DNA of 64,000 nucleotides, from the NCBI RefSeq assembly GCF_009834535.1, contig NC_045707.1, positions 48,238,001 to 48,302,000 on the forward strand. Reading direction: 5' to 3'. The DNA comes from Camelus ferus (lineage: Eukaryota). Of the stretch, positions 1-12,911 are shown in pieces (positions within the stretch are counted from its first letter, which is position 1; each line of letters begins with the position of its first letter). The translations under genes and the position numbers were made by a program. The notes beneath the pieces are model-generated. The model had not been told where the DNA came from and made no database searches. It worked only from the letters and a program-made list of their open reading frames with translations.

Positions 1-788
1 AACACTGGAATATACAATTAAGTTAAAGAAACTTGACTTTTTTTTTTTTAAATCAAGATGAGATTGCCAGATGAGATAAGTGCAAAAATGCAAATATTGT
101 CCTGCTGAGTGAGAGGTTTTAGTACAGGCATGACCAGTTTGACCAAAGCCCTCATTCTAGAAATCTTTCATAACACAAGCCTGTCTGTCATTACGTGAAT
201 TCCACAACATCTGTTCCGTGGAACAGCAGAGTGGTGCCTGAGGTCTAGCTATACCAGAGTAAATTTCACTTTGATTAAAATGCAAATAGCATGGAAAGCT
301 CAGGGTTTAGAGAGGTCCTATCAGACAATTAAAACTATCTTTCTTTTCAAATAGATTGCTAAATGAAATGTCTTGTCAGGAATGGGTATAATTTACCTGG
401 CACTTCTAGGACTTAGTGTATTTCTGGATAATTTCTTAACTATCGGTGAAGATTTGAATATTACATTTTCTTTCAGAAATTGAGCTATTAAGACATATAT
501 TCAAGTATAAGACAGTAAATAGAATATTCTTAAACTATTTTAAAATATATTCTGCAAGCAGGATTTAAATGCTTCTATAGTTTTTCCTTTTGAACAGATT
601 TGTGTGTTTAAATTATATTTTTCCAAAACAAGTTGAATTGCTCATTCTTAAGAATTAGATAAGTACAGATTTTTTAAAATCGTCTTTAAAAAAAAAGCGC
701 TAGGTAAAATTATAAAACAGTCCTTTGGCAGACAATCTAAAACTTCACTGCAAACAGCATGGTTTGATTAAACTCTTTTTCATCGGCT

Positions 789-820
789 CTGTGTTTGTGT
801 GTGTTTGTGTGTGTGTGTGT
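789..820. repeat. Interrupted (TG)n microsatellite
   Basis: gtgtttgtgtgtgtttgtgtgtgtgtgtgt seen directly. Confidence 0.85.
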
Positions 821-1764
821 ACTTGAATATCAATGATCTTAGTTTTTTTAAAAAACAGGTTTTCCCTTCATAATGCTTTATTTCAATGGCAAAAAAACAA
901 AAAAAACAAAAAAAACAATGACTTTAGAGAGATTAGCACTGCAGAGTGAAAGGTTTGACACAAGGAGATAAAAGCCAGGAAAGAAAAGGAAGAGAGGAGT
1001 GGACCCAGGTGCGTGTTGGAGAGTGTTGCACTTGTCACTAGGGAAGAGGCACACGTGACATGTCCTGTATTTCATGTGCAACTGGCCAAAGACGTTATTT
1101 TTAAATGGTATGTAGTTCCTTGGGAATCATTTGCTTTCCATTCTTATGTTCAAATTAGGTTTTTGTTTTTTGTTTTTTGTTTTTCTCAAAGCAGGGAATA
1201 TCTCATCCCTTTCAGACCTCCAGGGAAGGCATGGAGGTTGGAGGCATGAGGACACTAAACAGCCAAATTATGTCGTAGGCACAGATTCCATTCTTCAGCG
1301 GTAACCTAGCTAGCTTCCTGTGGAAAGTATGTCCCTAGCATCGGGACCTGGCCTGTCATTCTGTTCTGACTGAAAAGCATGTCCAATTAAGAGAGGTTTA
1401 GACACAGGGAGTGATGGCAGCTTATGAATGCAGAAGTTCTGATTTGAGGGCAATCATTTATTTACATCATGGATGGACTTTTCTCTTTAAAGCACAGTTT
1501 TGAGGTTCTCTTCCCAGGAAACTTATCCAAGTGTATACTTGAAAGGCTAACTGTCAGGATTCCTGGCTTGGTTTCCCAGAACTGTTTTTCACCTTATGCA
1601 AAATCACAGATGGGTGTCAACGTTTCTGTGAATGAGACAGTCTATTGTGTGAAATAATGAGCTTCTAGCTTTCATGCTCCAACACAATTCCAGGATCAAG
1701 TCATTTCGTTTTTCAATAACAAAGGCGATAGGCATGATCACTTGCAAGAGTTACGGGATAGAAC

Positions 1765-1905
1765 CACTGTTAAGCAAGGTATGTAAGTTCTTGAGGTCTC
1801 TGTTTCTCCACCTGTACCATGAGGGTAATAACGCCCTCCTAAAACATCGTTTTGAGGGTTAAGGAGAAAATATATGTGATCCCATAGAAGTACTTAATAA
1901 ACGAG
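1765..1905 (+). mobile_element. MIR SINE fragment
   Basis: Degenerate MIR core (ctctgtttctccacctgtaccatgagggtaataa...tttgagggttaa) and 3' end (gtacttaataaa). Confidence 0.65.
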
Positions 1906-3483
1906 AATTACTCTCATTAGTATTAAGCCTTTACATTGTGTAGGACTTCTGTCATTTTGAGAGAGATACAGATGTGATGGAGTGGAACTCCTTCCCCAGG
2001 GAGTCAGCCTGCAAAGAAATAAACAATACTGCTCACAGAATGACTCTCCATTAGGATGGTAATAAATACAGCTCCCAGCTCTTGGTGAAATAGTCCCAAT
2101 GATTATCAAGTTCTTATTTTTCTCTGTCAAAAGAAGTAAGATTATAGCCCTGGGTCAGTTTGACTTAAATCTAGTTTCTGGTCATCAGGGCCCAATGCAA
2201 AGGACCTTTTAAAAATCAGAATTCTCCAAAAGAAGGGAACTTTTTAATGTGGTAGTATTTTAATAAGTTATTTTCATGTGCTATTTTTAAGCAGTAAAAT
2301 TGTAACAGTACTGACGATTATGCAACTTAATTAATATTTTCTTTGGTTTTGTGCTTATGCCTGGGGATAGTACTGAGAAAGAAAGTACTTTAAAATTATT
2401 TTAAAGATCGAATGAATAAATAACCCAACACAATTGATTTATCCTTCCCTGGATTGTAAGATTTGGAATAAAATTAAAAAGGTAATTTTTAATAGTAGAT
2501 TTTTTTCTCTGTAGTTAATACATTATGTCAGTTAAATTCCCATCTTCTCAAGTTTTAAAATAAAACCAGTATTTGTTTCTCTAAATTTTTGAGAGTTATG
2601 TTTTATTGACCCACGTGTAAAATACAGAAACTTCCAAAATGAATTAGCCAAAATATAAAACAGATTTTTTGGGATAAAGGCTAATACTTGCTGTCACCAT
2701 ATGACTTCCTTGGAAGTCATCAGTTGTTGGATGACTATAGCTGTTGTTCACAAAGTTCAACCAGTCACTCTCCAGGGTTCAATAGTTCATCCCTGATAAG
2801 CATCTACAGTTACATCTGGTTTTCAAACTTGCCAGGAAAATCTTTAAAGCATCGTCTTATTAATTTTCTCATTATTTCTTATTGTATCTACAGTGGCATT
2901 AAAAGGTATTAATAGGGCTTAAAACAGTATACCCAGAAAGGAAAAAAATGCCCTTTTATTAATCTAAGCATGAAGTGGAAATTCTCCAAGTTGATTATGT
3001 CTTGCTTCATGATCCATGTACGCCAGGGACTTGGGCTCAGGCCTGACTCCAAAGCTCACACTGACCTTCTCAGCTTTCAGCTATTCCTTCTAGAATAACA
3101 AAGAGAAAAAGTGAACCAAGAAATAAAGTCTTCACCTGTCTAAGGTTATATATCCTTCATGTTGTTTTCCCCACTAGCCCCACAATTTGTCTTTGTAACA
3201 GTCCCATTTTGAGGCTTTTAGTCTTCCTGTTTGGTTCTGACATCCTATTCAGGTGAACAATTTCCTATTACTCTCCTGGCTACTGTCTCCCTTCAGAGGA
3301 GAAAACATTGATGGTAGGAGAAACATCTTGTATGTCTAGTATTTCAAAGTGTGAACTTTGTTTTCATTTTGCCCCAGTGTCATCTTCTGTAAAATGATCC
3401 AGGGTGGGTTCTCCAATGTCAAAACCCTTCAAGTCCTAATCTTGAAGATGGGAGAAATTAGTGCCTGGATTCCTGCAGCCTGA

Positions 3484-3712
3484 GTGCCTGGATTTGAAGC
3501 CTGTTTCTAGCACCTGCTATTGCTTTGATTGTCCCCAGTGGCTTTCTTTTTATAAGCCTCAGTTTTCTTATCTGTGGTGTGGGCCTAATAATAATTCCTT
3601 CTCCAGAGTGCTGTTATGAAAATTACATGAGACACACACACACACTACTAAAAAAGTAAAAAAAGTATCCAGTGCATACAAAGTGCTCAGTATATATTAG
3701 CTACTATCACTA
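3484..3712 (+). mobile_element. MIR SINE
   Basis: agcctcagttttcttatctgt...ctaataataa core and aagtgctcagtatatattagctactat 3' end. Confidence 0.75.
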
Positions 3713-3739
3713 GCCATTTCTACTGGTTTACCAGTTAAG

Positions 3740-3915
3740 TTTATAAGGTACTTTCAGGTGCAGCGTTTCAATTAACCTTCATAAGAATCCTGATAGCAGG
3801 ATAAGTGCTGAGGCCCAGAAAGCTTCAATGACTTATTTAAGATTAAGTGTTGATGTTAGATCAAGAACTGAAACCCACATCTCAGTCTCCTGGTCCAGGG
3901 TTCCTTTAGCTACAC
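3740..3915 (-). mobile_element. MIR SINE fragment
   Basis: Reverse MIR pattern: gctgaggcccagaaagcttcaatgacttatttaag...gaactgaaacccacatct. Confidence 0.6.
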
Positions 3916-4924
3916 AAACATAATAATACATTTGCAACACAATTAGTCTTTGGCGGCTCATACTCCAGATTTTGTCATCTTTATAAGATTTTCTGAGTCT
4001 TTGTTGATGATGCAGTAGCTGTTGTTATTTTAAGCAACATGGTCACTAAGGATCATGGAGATTTCTTACCTGAACTACCTAGTCTAGGAGCAATGTCCAC
4101 CTTCATGTGTAATTACAGTAAACTTGGGTAAAGTCTAAAGGCAAAACATTCTTTTCTCCATCACTCACACTTTCCTGAGGATGTAGGTTGGGATAGAGAA
4201 TGGATTATGGTGAAGTTAATTTGAGGATGACCATGCAGATGAAAACTGCTGCTTCATTTGGGTAAAAGTGTGTCACTCCTGGGACATTCTGTAACACTAG
4301 TGCAAACTGTGAGTGTGTGTATGTGTGTATCGGTGGGTATAACTGTACAGAAATGGAGAGAGTAGTCCTTTTTCAAAAGCCACACTGACACGTTTCTGTT
4401 CAAATATGTTAATCAACATTCCCATTTCAACTATTTATTTGAAGAGCACAAGTTCAAGTGAAGGGCTGACTTACTTGGCCCCTTTACTGAGAAAGAAAGT
4501 GTGATTAATTTCTGTGCTTACAAGGCTAGAAGTACAGAAAGCTTTTCTTTCCCTTTGTTATCCCTGTGACATCTACTGACCGACACCTGGCAATTCTCTG
4601 GGACAAAATGTGCAGAAGAGAATAGCAGTGAGCAGACAGACAAGGTGTGAAAGGTACAGGGAGACAAACTGGGTGGGAAGTGCATTTTACAAAGTATGAA
4701 ATAGACTGTTTTATTTATTTTATTTTAGAAACCCAAAAAGGCATTACTTAGAGGAAGTATAATCTGAGATGGGTTAAGGAGCCAAGCAAGACAGAGCCAC
4801 CAACCGATCTTAGACTTAGCTCCTTTTAACCAGACTCCTTGTTTTGATCTCACCAGGAAAAGAGGTTATTTGTTATTGAATGTATAGTGCATGACAGGTA
4901 TAATTATAAACATGTCAACTGCAT

Positions 4925-5092
4925 CATGATTTAATTTTTCTTACAACAATCCTAACAATCCTTTGCTGTGGGTATTTGGTTCCTGTTTTACACATAAGGT
5001 TTAGAAAATTTACACAGTCTTCAAAGAGATGATAAGTCGAAGTTTGAACACATTTCTGCCTGGCTCTGAAACTTGTCATCTTTGCCACGGCA
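4925..5092 (-). mobile_element. MIR SINE fragment
   Basis: tttaatttttcttacaacaatcct...cctgttttacacataagg...gaagtttgaacacatttctgcctggctctgaa. Confidence 0.55.
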
Positions 5093-5126
5093 CTCAGCAT
5101 CTGCTGAGGACGATGTCCATGGGATG

Positions 5127-5542
5127 TGTGACGGTTAATTTCATGTGTCAACTTGACTAGGTCATAGTACCCGGATATTTGGTCAGAAATTTTTCTAGGT
5201 GTTTCTGTGATGATGTTTCTGCATTTTTAGAAGAGATTAACATTTAAATCAGTAGATACTGAGAGAAGCAGATTACCTTCCATAATGTAAGTGGGCCTCA
5301 TCCAATCAGTTAAAGGCCTTAATAGAACAAGAACTGAGTCCTGATGGAAGAAGGAGGTCTGTCAGCAGACAGCCCCTGGCTTGAACAGCAACGTTGTTGC
5401 TGGCTCTCCAGCTTGCTGGCCCGCTGCAGATTTCAGATTTGTAGCCTCCATAGTCATGTGAGCCGGTTCCTTCGAATGAATCTCTCCTTCCACACATACA
5501 CATCCTACTGGTTCTGTTTCTCTGGGAATCCTGACTAATGCA
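5127..5542 (+). mobile_element. ERVL solo LTR, MLT2B/MLT2D-like
   Basis: TG...CA termini; 5' tgtgacggttaatttcatgtgtcaacttgact; internal gtgggcctcatccaatcagttaaaggcc; 3' tggttctgtttctctgggaatcctgactaatgca; 5-bp TSD ggatg (5122-5126) / ggata (5543-5547). Confidence 0.9.
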
Positions 5543-5884
5543 GGATACTTCCCCTCTTCATTCAGGTGAGCTGGCTGAGAGATGAGCCAGAGCATGTTTG
5601 CCTCGGGTGGCTTTGTAGGTCACGGTGTCCAGGCGGGTGTGAGGAGCCACCGTGAGCTTTCTCGGGGTGTTGGCATGGTGGCTCAGGGCCGATGAATCTC
5701 CTTTTCTCCAGTGCATGACAGTCCTTCCTACTCCCTGGTTTACTAGCATAAGATGGGCCACATTATTTAGTATTTAGTAAATACATTCCAGTTTATCTTG
5801 GGAATATACTCAGAAATTAGTCCACAGTTAGTACATATGTAAAATAAATATAAATATATAGATATTCTTATATAAAAATAACAT

Positions 5885-6025
5885 TTTATGAAAGCCTATT
5901 ACATGCCACATACCATGATAGATCTATATCCAAAAAGATATGGCATCTTTTTTCCCTTCAAAAACAACTCTAAGAAACAAATTTGGTGATCCTAACTTTT
6001 CAGATGAGGAAACTAAGACTCAACT
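5885..6025 (-). mobile_element. MIR SINE fragment
   Basis: ttttcagatgaggaaactaagactca is the reverse-complement MIR core. Confidence 0.6.
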
Positions 6026-8214
6026 ATACAGACAAAAATAAGTGTTTGCAAGCCTAAACTATTGGTGAGTGAAAAAATATGCCCCCACTGGAGAATTCAA
6101 AGTGTTTCTTCATTTATAAGTTGATGCACCTACTTCCAAAAGTGAATGAAAGTGTGCTGACATTTTTTGGAAGGGGAGGGGATTAACTTGTAAAAGTTAA
6201 GAATTGTCTGCTTTGCATAATATCTCTTTTATTTATCTTGCTTCTTATCACAAATGATCTTTCAGACTTTGAAATTTGGTCATTACAAAAGCTCACTAAC
6301 AAGTTACAACCAGTTAGTGAACAGAAGCAAAATGTAGAACATTTTGTTAAGTGCTCCTTGACTCCTTCCAAATCAGGAGTTTATTTTAATAAGCTGTGTT
6401 TCATATGACATTTTGTGGGAAAACCAATGGGAACCACATAAGCATCTACCAATGTAAATGAGGCCACCATGTTTGGAAATTTATGGCTTAACACAATATA
6501 GTCTCTAATATTTAGCTCCAACTCTAAAGGCAATATTATCTCTTTATCCTATGAAATTAGCATGGCTGACCAAACTACATCTGAAAAAATTAGATGAGGT
6601 TTAAAGAAGTCAGACTGTGGTGGGCAGATAACTTTAGTACAGGTCTAAAATAGAATCAAGAACACTGGAGCTGTTCTACTTCTGAACACGGAGACATTTT
6701 GCCAAGACGTGTCATCATCACCATAATGAGTGCATTAGAGATGGGGAAAAATGTTGGAAAGTCCCACAGTGAGGTGGCTGCCAAGGCAGGTGCTTCTCTG
6801 TGACCCTTACCCCAGGTAACCAGGGTGTTATCAAATTTAGCTCATAAATGATTCAAAGAAGTATGAACAGAGGAAATATTCTAAACTAGAAAAAAAAAAA
6901 CAGCTAAGTTTTTCTACAGTCTTGGTTTATTTCCAATAAGTCTTAACCTCTTTTTCCATCTTCCTCTCCCCTCCAGAGCTAAAAATGTTCAGTTCAAAAT
7001 AAAGAGCCTGTGATGAGCATCTACACTGATAGAATAATCTGATGATTATTTCAGCCTGGTTAATTAAGTGAATAAGGTTCAAAAACATGGAATTGAGTTA
7101 AAGATAACTGCTACTTTATATCCACAACCCTTTGTAAGCTCAGAGAAACAACTGGGTCAAAATATTTAATTGATTTAAAGTTGAAGTGGATTTTAACATT
7201 ACAGTTGCTCTTTGTGATTCTCTTCAAGTTTATTTGAATGGTATCAATAAGGGGATGAAAGTTTCTGAAAGAAGACAACGCTTCATTGATACCAAGTGAT
7301 TACGTGTGTTGAGTTGCCACTGGGTGTGTGGCACAAGCTTCAGAGCATAATGGGGGAAAGACGCCTGGCCCACTTTCGGTGGACTTCTACAGCACTCATA
7401 CACATCTCTCTTCTGCTGAAAAGTAATAGATGTCTATTGGAAAAACAAGAGAGACCTCTCCTCTTTGATATGTCACTTACAGGGAGAATCAGTGTGTTGT
7501 GAGGCAACAGGATGTGGGTGTCTGACTCACAACACAAGGAGGCCACATGATGCGGATGTTGACATCAGCAGCTGCAGGGACATTTCCTTGGGTTTCACAC
7601 CAACAGCAGTTGAACCTGCTCCTCTGAGTAGCAACACACATAGCACCAGGCAAGACTTTGCGGCTCAGCGTCTCACTCATGGTCCTGATGTCCACAGTGT
7701 CTTAGGGGAAAGCTGACATTGCTCAACAGCCCTCGTCCCGTCCGTGGCCTGCCTTTTCCTGTGACCGTTTTCACAGCTGTCATGCTCCAATCTGCCCGGG
7801 AAGAGGATGGCTGCCAGCGGAGGGCTGGGAGGGGCGTGCTCACCATTCAGCTACCCAAGAGAGGACAACAGTCATTTTCCCCCTTCCTGGCCCCACCTAC
7901 TTTATAACAATGGAAAGATGTTGCTCCCTAAAATACCGATGAGGCTGGAAGGCACAAGGTGTGCTCTCCTCCATCCCATGGACCCTGAGCTCTCTCTCCC
8001 TGAGACCTCTACAGACCAGACAGTTTCTTATGTGACATAGATCATTTTCTGCCTCTCCTAATTAGTGTGTTTATGCAAGTCTTATCCCTTCTCTTTGAAA
8101 CTGGGAACACGACCCACTAACCTTTCTATTGTCCATGGCAGCTATAAGAGACCCTGAAAATAAGTATTTGTTAAACTGAATGAACTTCAGAAGCATTTGA
8201 GTGGAAAACAACAG

Positions 8215-8585
8215 TTGTATTAATCCATTAACTATTTACTGAGTGATTGCTGTGTTCCAAGCATTGTCCTAGTTCTAAGTGACATGAACATACACTCACA
8301 CACTGGAGCAGGAGAGAGAGAGATCACAGGGTGTGCTGGAAGTACAGAACGTAAAGGAATGAGGTCTGCCTGGGACAATCAGTCAAGGCTTCCAGGAGAG
8401 GACGAGGTGATCTGGATCCTGAAGGATGGGTGATATTCAACAGGCAGAAAAGAGGAAAAGGATATTCCAGGCAAAGTGAATACTCCATGCAAAACCACAG
8501 TCATGGAAGCAATGTTTTAATCAGGAAACTAAGGAAAGTTCAGGGTGACTGAGGCACTGAGAGGAATAGAGAAGGAAGGGAGAAA
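8215..8585 (-). mobile_element. L2 LINE 3' fragment
   Basis: tatttactgagtgattgctgtgttccaagcattgtcctag (reverse L2 tail) followed by aggcttccaggagagg...tcctgaaggatg...attccaggcaaag. Confidence 0.7.
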
Positions 8586-8594
8586 GGAGAGGGC

Positions 8595-9190
8595 ATTTAT
8601 TTTCTTTTACTGCATCACAAATGACCACAAACTTAGTGGCTTAAAACAACACATATTTATCTCAAGGTTTCTGTGGGATAACTGGGTCCTTTGCCTGGGG
8701 TCTCACCAGGTTGAAATCATGGAGTTTCCTGGGCCTATGATTTCTTCTGAGGCTCAGGGGCCTCTTCAAAGCTCACAGAGTTGTTGGCAGAGTTCAGTTC
8801 TTTGAAGCTATGCAATCCAGAATTTTTTTTTCTTTTTTCTTTTTTTTTTTTGCTAGTTGTTGACTGGAGACTACTCTAAGCTCCTGGAGGTCACCCTCAG
8901 GTCCTTGTCACATGGCTGCTCCATAGGCTCTGTCACCACAGACCAGTTTGCTTCATTTCTGAGGCCAACAGGAGGGCACACGCCTGATACTTCCCCATTG
9001 CTTAAAGCACTCACCTGATTAGGCCTGGCCCACCCAGGCTATTCTCCCTTTAAATTAGCTCATCAAGTGATAAGTAAGATACACCATAGTAGTCACTAGC
9101 CCTGCCCAAACTCAGAGGGAGGGTATTATGGCAGGGTGTATGTGCAGGAAGTTGAAATTTTGCTGCTGTCTTAGAATTCTTCCTACCACA
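8595..9190 (-). mobile_element. MaLR solo LTR (MLT1E/F-like)
   Basis: acaaatgaccacaaacttagtggcttaaaacaacacatattta...gttgttggcagagttcagttc...cttagaattcttcctaccaca. Confidence 0.8.
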
Positions 9191-9370
9191 GAGGAAGCAG
9201 AGTGAATGGTGGAGAAAAAAACTGGACTCCAAAACTTGAATTTTCTCTAAGCCATGCCACTTATGATCCATCTAGTGTTGGGTCCCTTCATTAATACAAA
9301 TTATTTTACCTATGAAATGGCATGATAACCTTTGTAGAGATGGTCTAAGTAGTAAATACAGTAACTTATC
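9190..9370 (+). mobile_element. MIR SINE fragment
   Basis: Degenerate head (agagtgaatggtggagaaaaaaactggactcc) and core (cctatgaaatggcatgataa). Confidence 0.45.
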
Positions 9371-9634
9371 ATAAAAAACTCTGCACACTGCTTTGGGTAT
9401 GTATGGTTTGGCATAAAGATCTTGTGAGCCACAATGAGGAGCTCACACTTTCCTCTCTAGGGCAGAAAGTGGAAAACTCATCAAAGTCTCTCAGAAGGGG
9501 AAAAAGCATGATGAGATTTACTTTCTTGCACTGGGCCCTGAGTTTCAGCAGTCTGGCCTCAAACCAACTACTCATTTGGATTTTAGTTCTAACAGATACA
9601 AAGAATTTGGTAGTCATCTTTTTAGGAGGTTTTT

Positions 9635-9903
9635 TAAAATTTTTAAATTGAAATGTGGTTGATTTGCAATGTTCACTTCAGGTGTACGGCAGAGTGATTC
9701 ATTTATACGTATACATGCATATTTTTTTTCAGATTATTTTCCATTATATGTTTTTACAAGAAATTGAATACAGTTCCCTGTGCTATACAGTAGGTCCTTG
9801 CTGTTTATCTATTTTATATATAGCCTGTGTATCTGTTAATCCCTAATCCCTAATTTATGTCTCCCCGCCCTTCCCTCTTGGTAACCAAAGTTTGCTTTCT
9901 ATG
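9635..9903 (-). mobile_element. Lineage-specific L1 3' UTR, 5'-truncated insertion
   Basis: aaattgaaatgtggttgatttgcaatgtt...tacagttccctgtgctatacagtaggtccttg...tggtaaccaaagtttgctttctatg; flanked by taggag(g)ttttt at ~9623 and ~9904 (TSD). Confidence 0.85.
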
Positions 9904-9909
9904 TAGGAG

Positions 9910-10822
9910 TTTTTTTATTATGAAGAATTTCAAACATATCCAAAGTAAACAGAATAGTGTAATGATTCCCCATGTACTTTTCACCAAGGCTCAATAGCAT
10001 CAACATTCTGCCACGTGTGTTTCATCTGTGTCTCTCCCCTCTTCCAACTTCCCCCAACTTTACTATTATTTCTTTATATCGTTCTTTTTAGGTTAGGGTC
10101 AATATACATGTATTAGAACCTACTAATCTTAACTGTATAATTTTGACTAATTGATACACCCATGTACCCCATACCCTTATCAAGATATAAAATATTTTTA
10201 TCTCAGGAAGTTCCCCCTTACTTCTCAGTCTGCCCCTCGCACCTTGCTCAGAGATGGCCACAGCTCCCAATTTTTACCCATAACTTAGTTTTATCAGTTT
10301 CATAACTTCATGCAAATGGAATTATACAGCATGGACTCTTCTGTGTCTTTTTTTTCCCCCGCATAACGTCTGTGAGATGCATTTGTGTCGTTGAGTGGAT
10401 TAGCGGATTGCTTCTTTGTATTGCTGAGTAGTGTTCCATTAAAAGCATTTTTTTTTTCATTCTTTACATACCTGGGCTGTTTCCAGTTTGGGGCTATTAC
10501 AAATAAAGCTGCTATGTATATACTTATAGTGTCCATCTTTATGTGGACATTTATTTTCACTCTTCTTGGGTAAATATATAGAAGTGGGATTGCTGAGTCA
10601 AAGGGCAAGTGTATGTTTAAATTTGTTAGAAGCTGCCACACTTGCTTCCAAAGTGTCTGGAGCTTTTTATAGTCTCACCACCAATGTATGAGTTACAGTT
10701 ACTCTGCATCCTTTCCAACACCTGGTGTTGCCAGTCTTAATTTCAGCCCTTCTGCTGGGTATATACTGGTCTTACTGTGGTTTTCATTTGTATTTCTCTG
10801 ACGACTAATGATTTGGGGTAAT
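9910..10822 (-). mobile_element. Old L1 (L1MC/MD/ME-like) 3' fragments
   Basis: gggctgtttccagtttggggctattacaaataaagctgctatg; ORF 10300-10641 (DSAIPLLYIYP...AALFVIAPNWKQP) is a degenerate ORF2 C-terminus. Confidence 0.85.
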
Positions 10823-10829
10823 CAGATTT

Positions 10830-11050
10830 TAGATGTGGAATAACATTGCTCAAGAGCATCAGTTGAATTGACCTGGGTTCAAATCCTGGCTCTGCTCTTG
10901 CCAGGCAAGATTTTTGACTTCTTTGCAAAATAAATACATCCTAGTATCTTCTTCATGGAGTTGTTGTAACAAGTGAGACAATACGTATAAAGTTCTTAGC
11001 AAAGTACATGCCTGATAAAAGAGCAGTTTTACTATTCATGAGGACTATTT
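10830..11050 (+). mobile_element. MIR SINE
   Basis: gacctgggttcaaatcctggctctgct (B-box region) and catggagttgttgt...gtataaagttcttagcaaagt. Confidence 0.75.
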
Positions 11051-11739
11051 AATAAACTATGCTTATTGGCACATACATATTCAAGTAGGTGATTTTACAC
11101 TATTTCTAAATAGAGGGAATTAAAGGCGGGAGTCTCTTGTACACACAAAGGCTGAAATCCCAAACATCCCTTTCTCACCTAATAGATCGTGTAACCAAGC
11201 CTCTCTCCACCCAGAACATCCTGGACTGCTCGGACTTGGCTACAGTCTCAGTCCGCTTCCCCCATAGTGAGCAGACATGGATTCCAAGCCTGCAGCTGCC
11301 TGTGTATCTTCCCCCAGTGTTGTTCTGCAGAAACACACACTGCCTGGGTCCGCCATTTCTCTCTTTTCTCCACCTCTACTTACCTCTTTTCATTATTTTC
11401 AACATACACCATTTAAAATATATTTTAAATTGAAGGAAAGGAAGGCAAAAATGATTCTCGGGAGTAGTATCCATTTTGGAGGTGGGAGTGAGGGAGGTAC
11501 AGCCTTTGGAAAATAAAGGAAGGATAAGCTCTTTCTTCTCAAATATCTATTTGGTTAAAATCACCAGGCATTCAGGTAGGGGTAACATACTTCCTCCTGC
11601 CTCTTCTCCCCCACAGGGTATGGGATGTAAGAACACCCAGGATCTCAGAGGAGGGCATGAATAGTTTAAAAAAATCTTCCAGGTGATTCTGATGCCCTCC
11701 TGCCCCCGTCTCCTATATCTTATGGAAACTGACCTGTTA

Positions 11740-12125
11740 GAACTGGAAGACAAGAGGGTGAAGGACAGAGCCTGGAACTCTCCAGAAATGCAAGAAGTGG
11801 TTGAAACAACTAAGAGGGCTGAAGGCAAGCAGCTAGCAAAACAGGAGCAAAGCCAGGTGTAAGAGGCTCCTGTACATTCAAAAGGAAGGGGAGTGTCAAA
11901 ATTATGAAATGCCTCATAGAAGTGAAAGAGGGTGAGGACTAAAAATAGGTCACTGGAGCTGGACGTTAGGAAGTGACTGGTGATGCTTCTGAAAGGTCCG
12001 TTTGTGCGTATTGTTGAGGGTGAGTGGAGAGGGTGGAAGCCAGCTCTTACTGGGTTCAAGGGTAAGTAGGAGATAAGTAAAGTCAGATTTCTTCTCTAAG
12101 GAATGGTTAGAAAAATGGAGGAGAG
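11740..12125 (-). mobile_element. L2 LINE fragment
   Basis: aggacagagcctgg...gtgtcaaaattatgaaatgcc...gaggactaaaaataggtcactgga...ggtggaagccag. Confidence 0.65.
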
Positions 12126-12152
12126 AGGAGAAGAAAGGGGAAAAAAGATAGG

Positions 12153-12335
12153 TTATGTAACTGTGGGCAAGTTATTTCTCTGGGCCTCAGTTTCTTCCTC
12201 TATAAAATGGGGTAATAGTACATATCTCCCAGGATTTTGTCAGAATTAAATAAATTAACAGATATAGCAAATGCTTAAAACAGTCTTGGGAACCCAGAAA
12301 GTACTCAAAAAAGGCCAACTATTATTATACTATTG
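12153..12335 (+). mobile_element. MIR SINE
   Basis: tgggcaagttatttctctgggcctcagtttcttcctctataaaatggggtaatagtac. Confidence 0.85.
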
Positions 12336-12911
12336 AAGGAGAAATAGAGCAACTCTTTTCTTCTTATCCCCTAAATCTCAGGGATCCTTAAATCTGCCCC
12401 TTTCCACTGCCTCCACCTGCTATTCTATTTAGGTAGGTGCCTCCTCCACATGTCAGACACACTGTACCCCTAATTCAATTTCCAGTTGCTCCTCAGCTCA
12501 GCAGAGCCATAGTAAAATTTTTTTGAAAAGATTTTTTCCCTCTTCAAGTGGCTATAAGACTAGAATAACAAAAAACACAACCCATGGGGCAGTTATAACA
12601 ACTCTGAAAAGAAACAGTATTACTTCTCATTGACTTTAATTTCAATGTCAATTGGAACGAGCCCTCAGCATCTCAAAGGTTCCTGTATCCCCTCCTCTTC
12701 ATCCCTTCTGTCTTCTACAATCTCTCTTCTTCTTGTCTTGCAAGGTTTCCCAATAACTATACTTTATTATCATTTTTTTGATCTTGGGGCTTTGCTTATT
12801 CAGCTCTCCTTGCACTTTTAAAACACTACCTCCATCGTCTAGTTGACCCTGTCTTTGGTATGGGGTACTGGGGAGTGAGAGAACAAATCAACGTAAGTGT
12901 TATAATGGAAG

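Noticed and set aside
4068..4136. Minus-strand exon-like unit (TAG acceptor, CAG|GTAAGA donor)
   Set aside because: All three frames contain stops, the acceptor is modest and there is no other support.
10300..10641. 113-aa ORF resembling a real protein
   Set aside because: It is a degenerate L1 ORF2 C-terminus, not a host gene. The ORFs at 22224-22670, 45994-46242 and 49058-49329 are also L1-derived.
11547..12059. Longest ORF in the track (170 aa, minus strand)
   Set aside because: It mostly overlaps a decayed L2 fragment, has S/L/F-biased composition and shows no domain or splice support.
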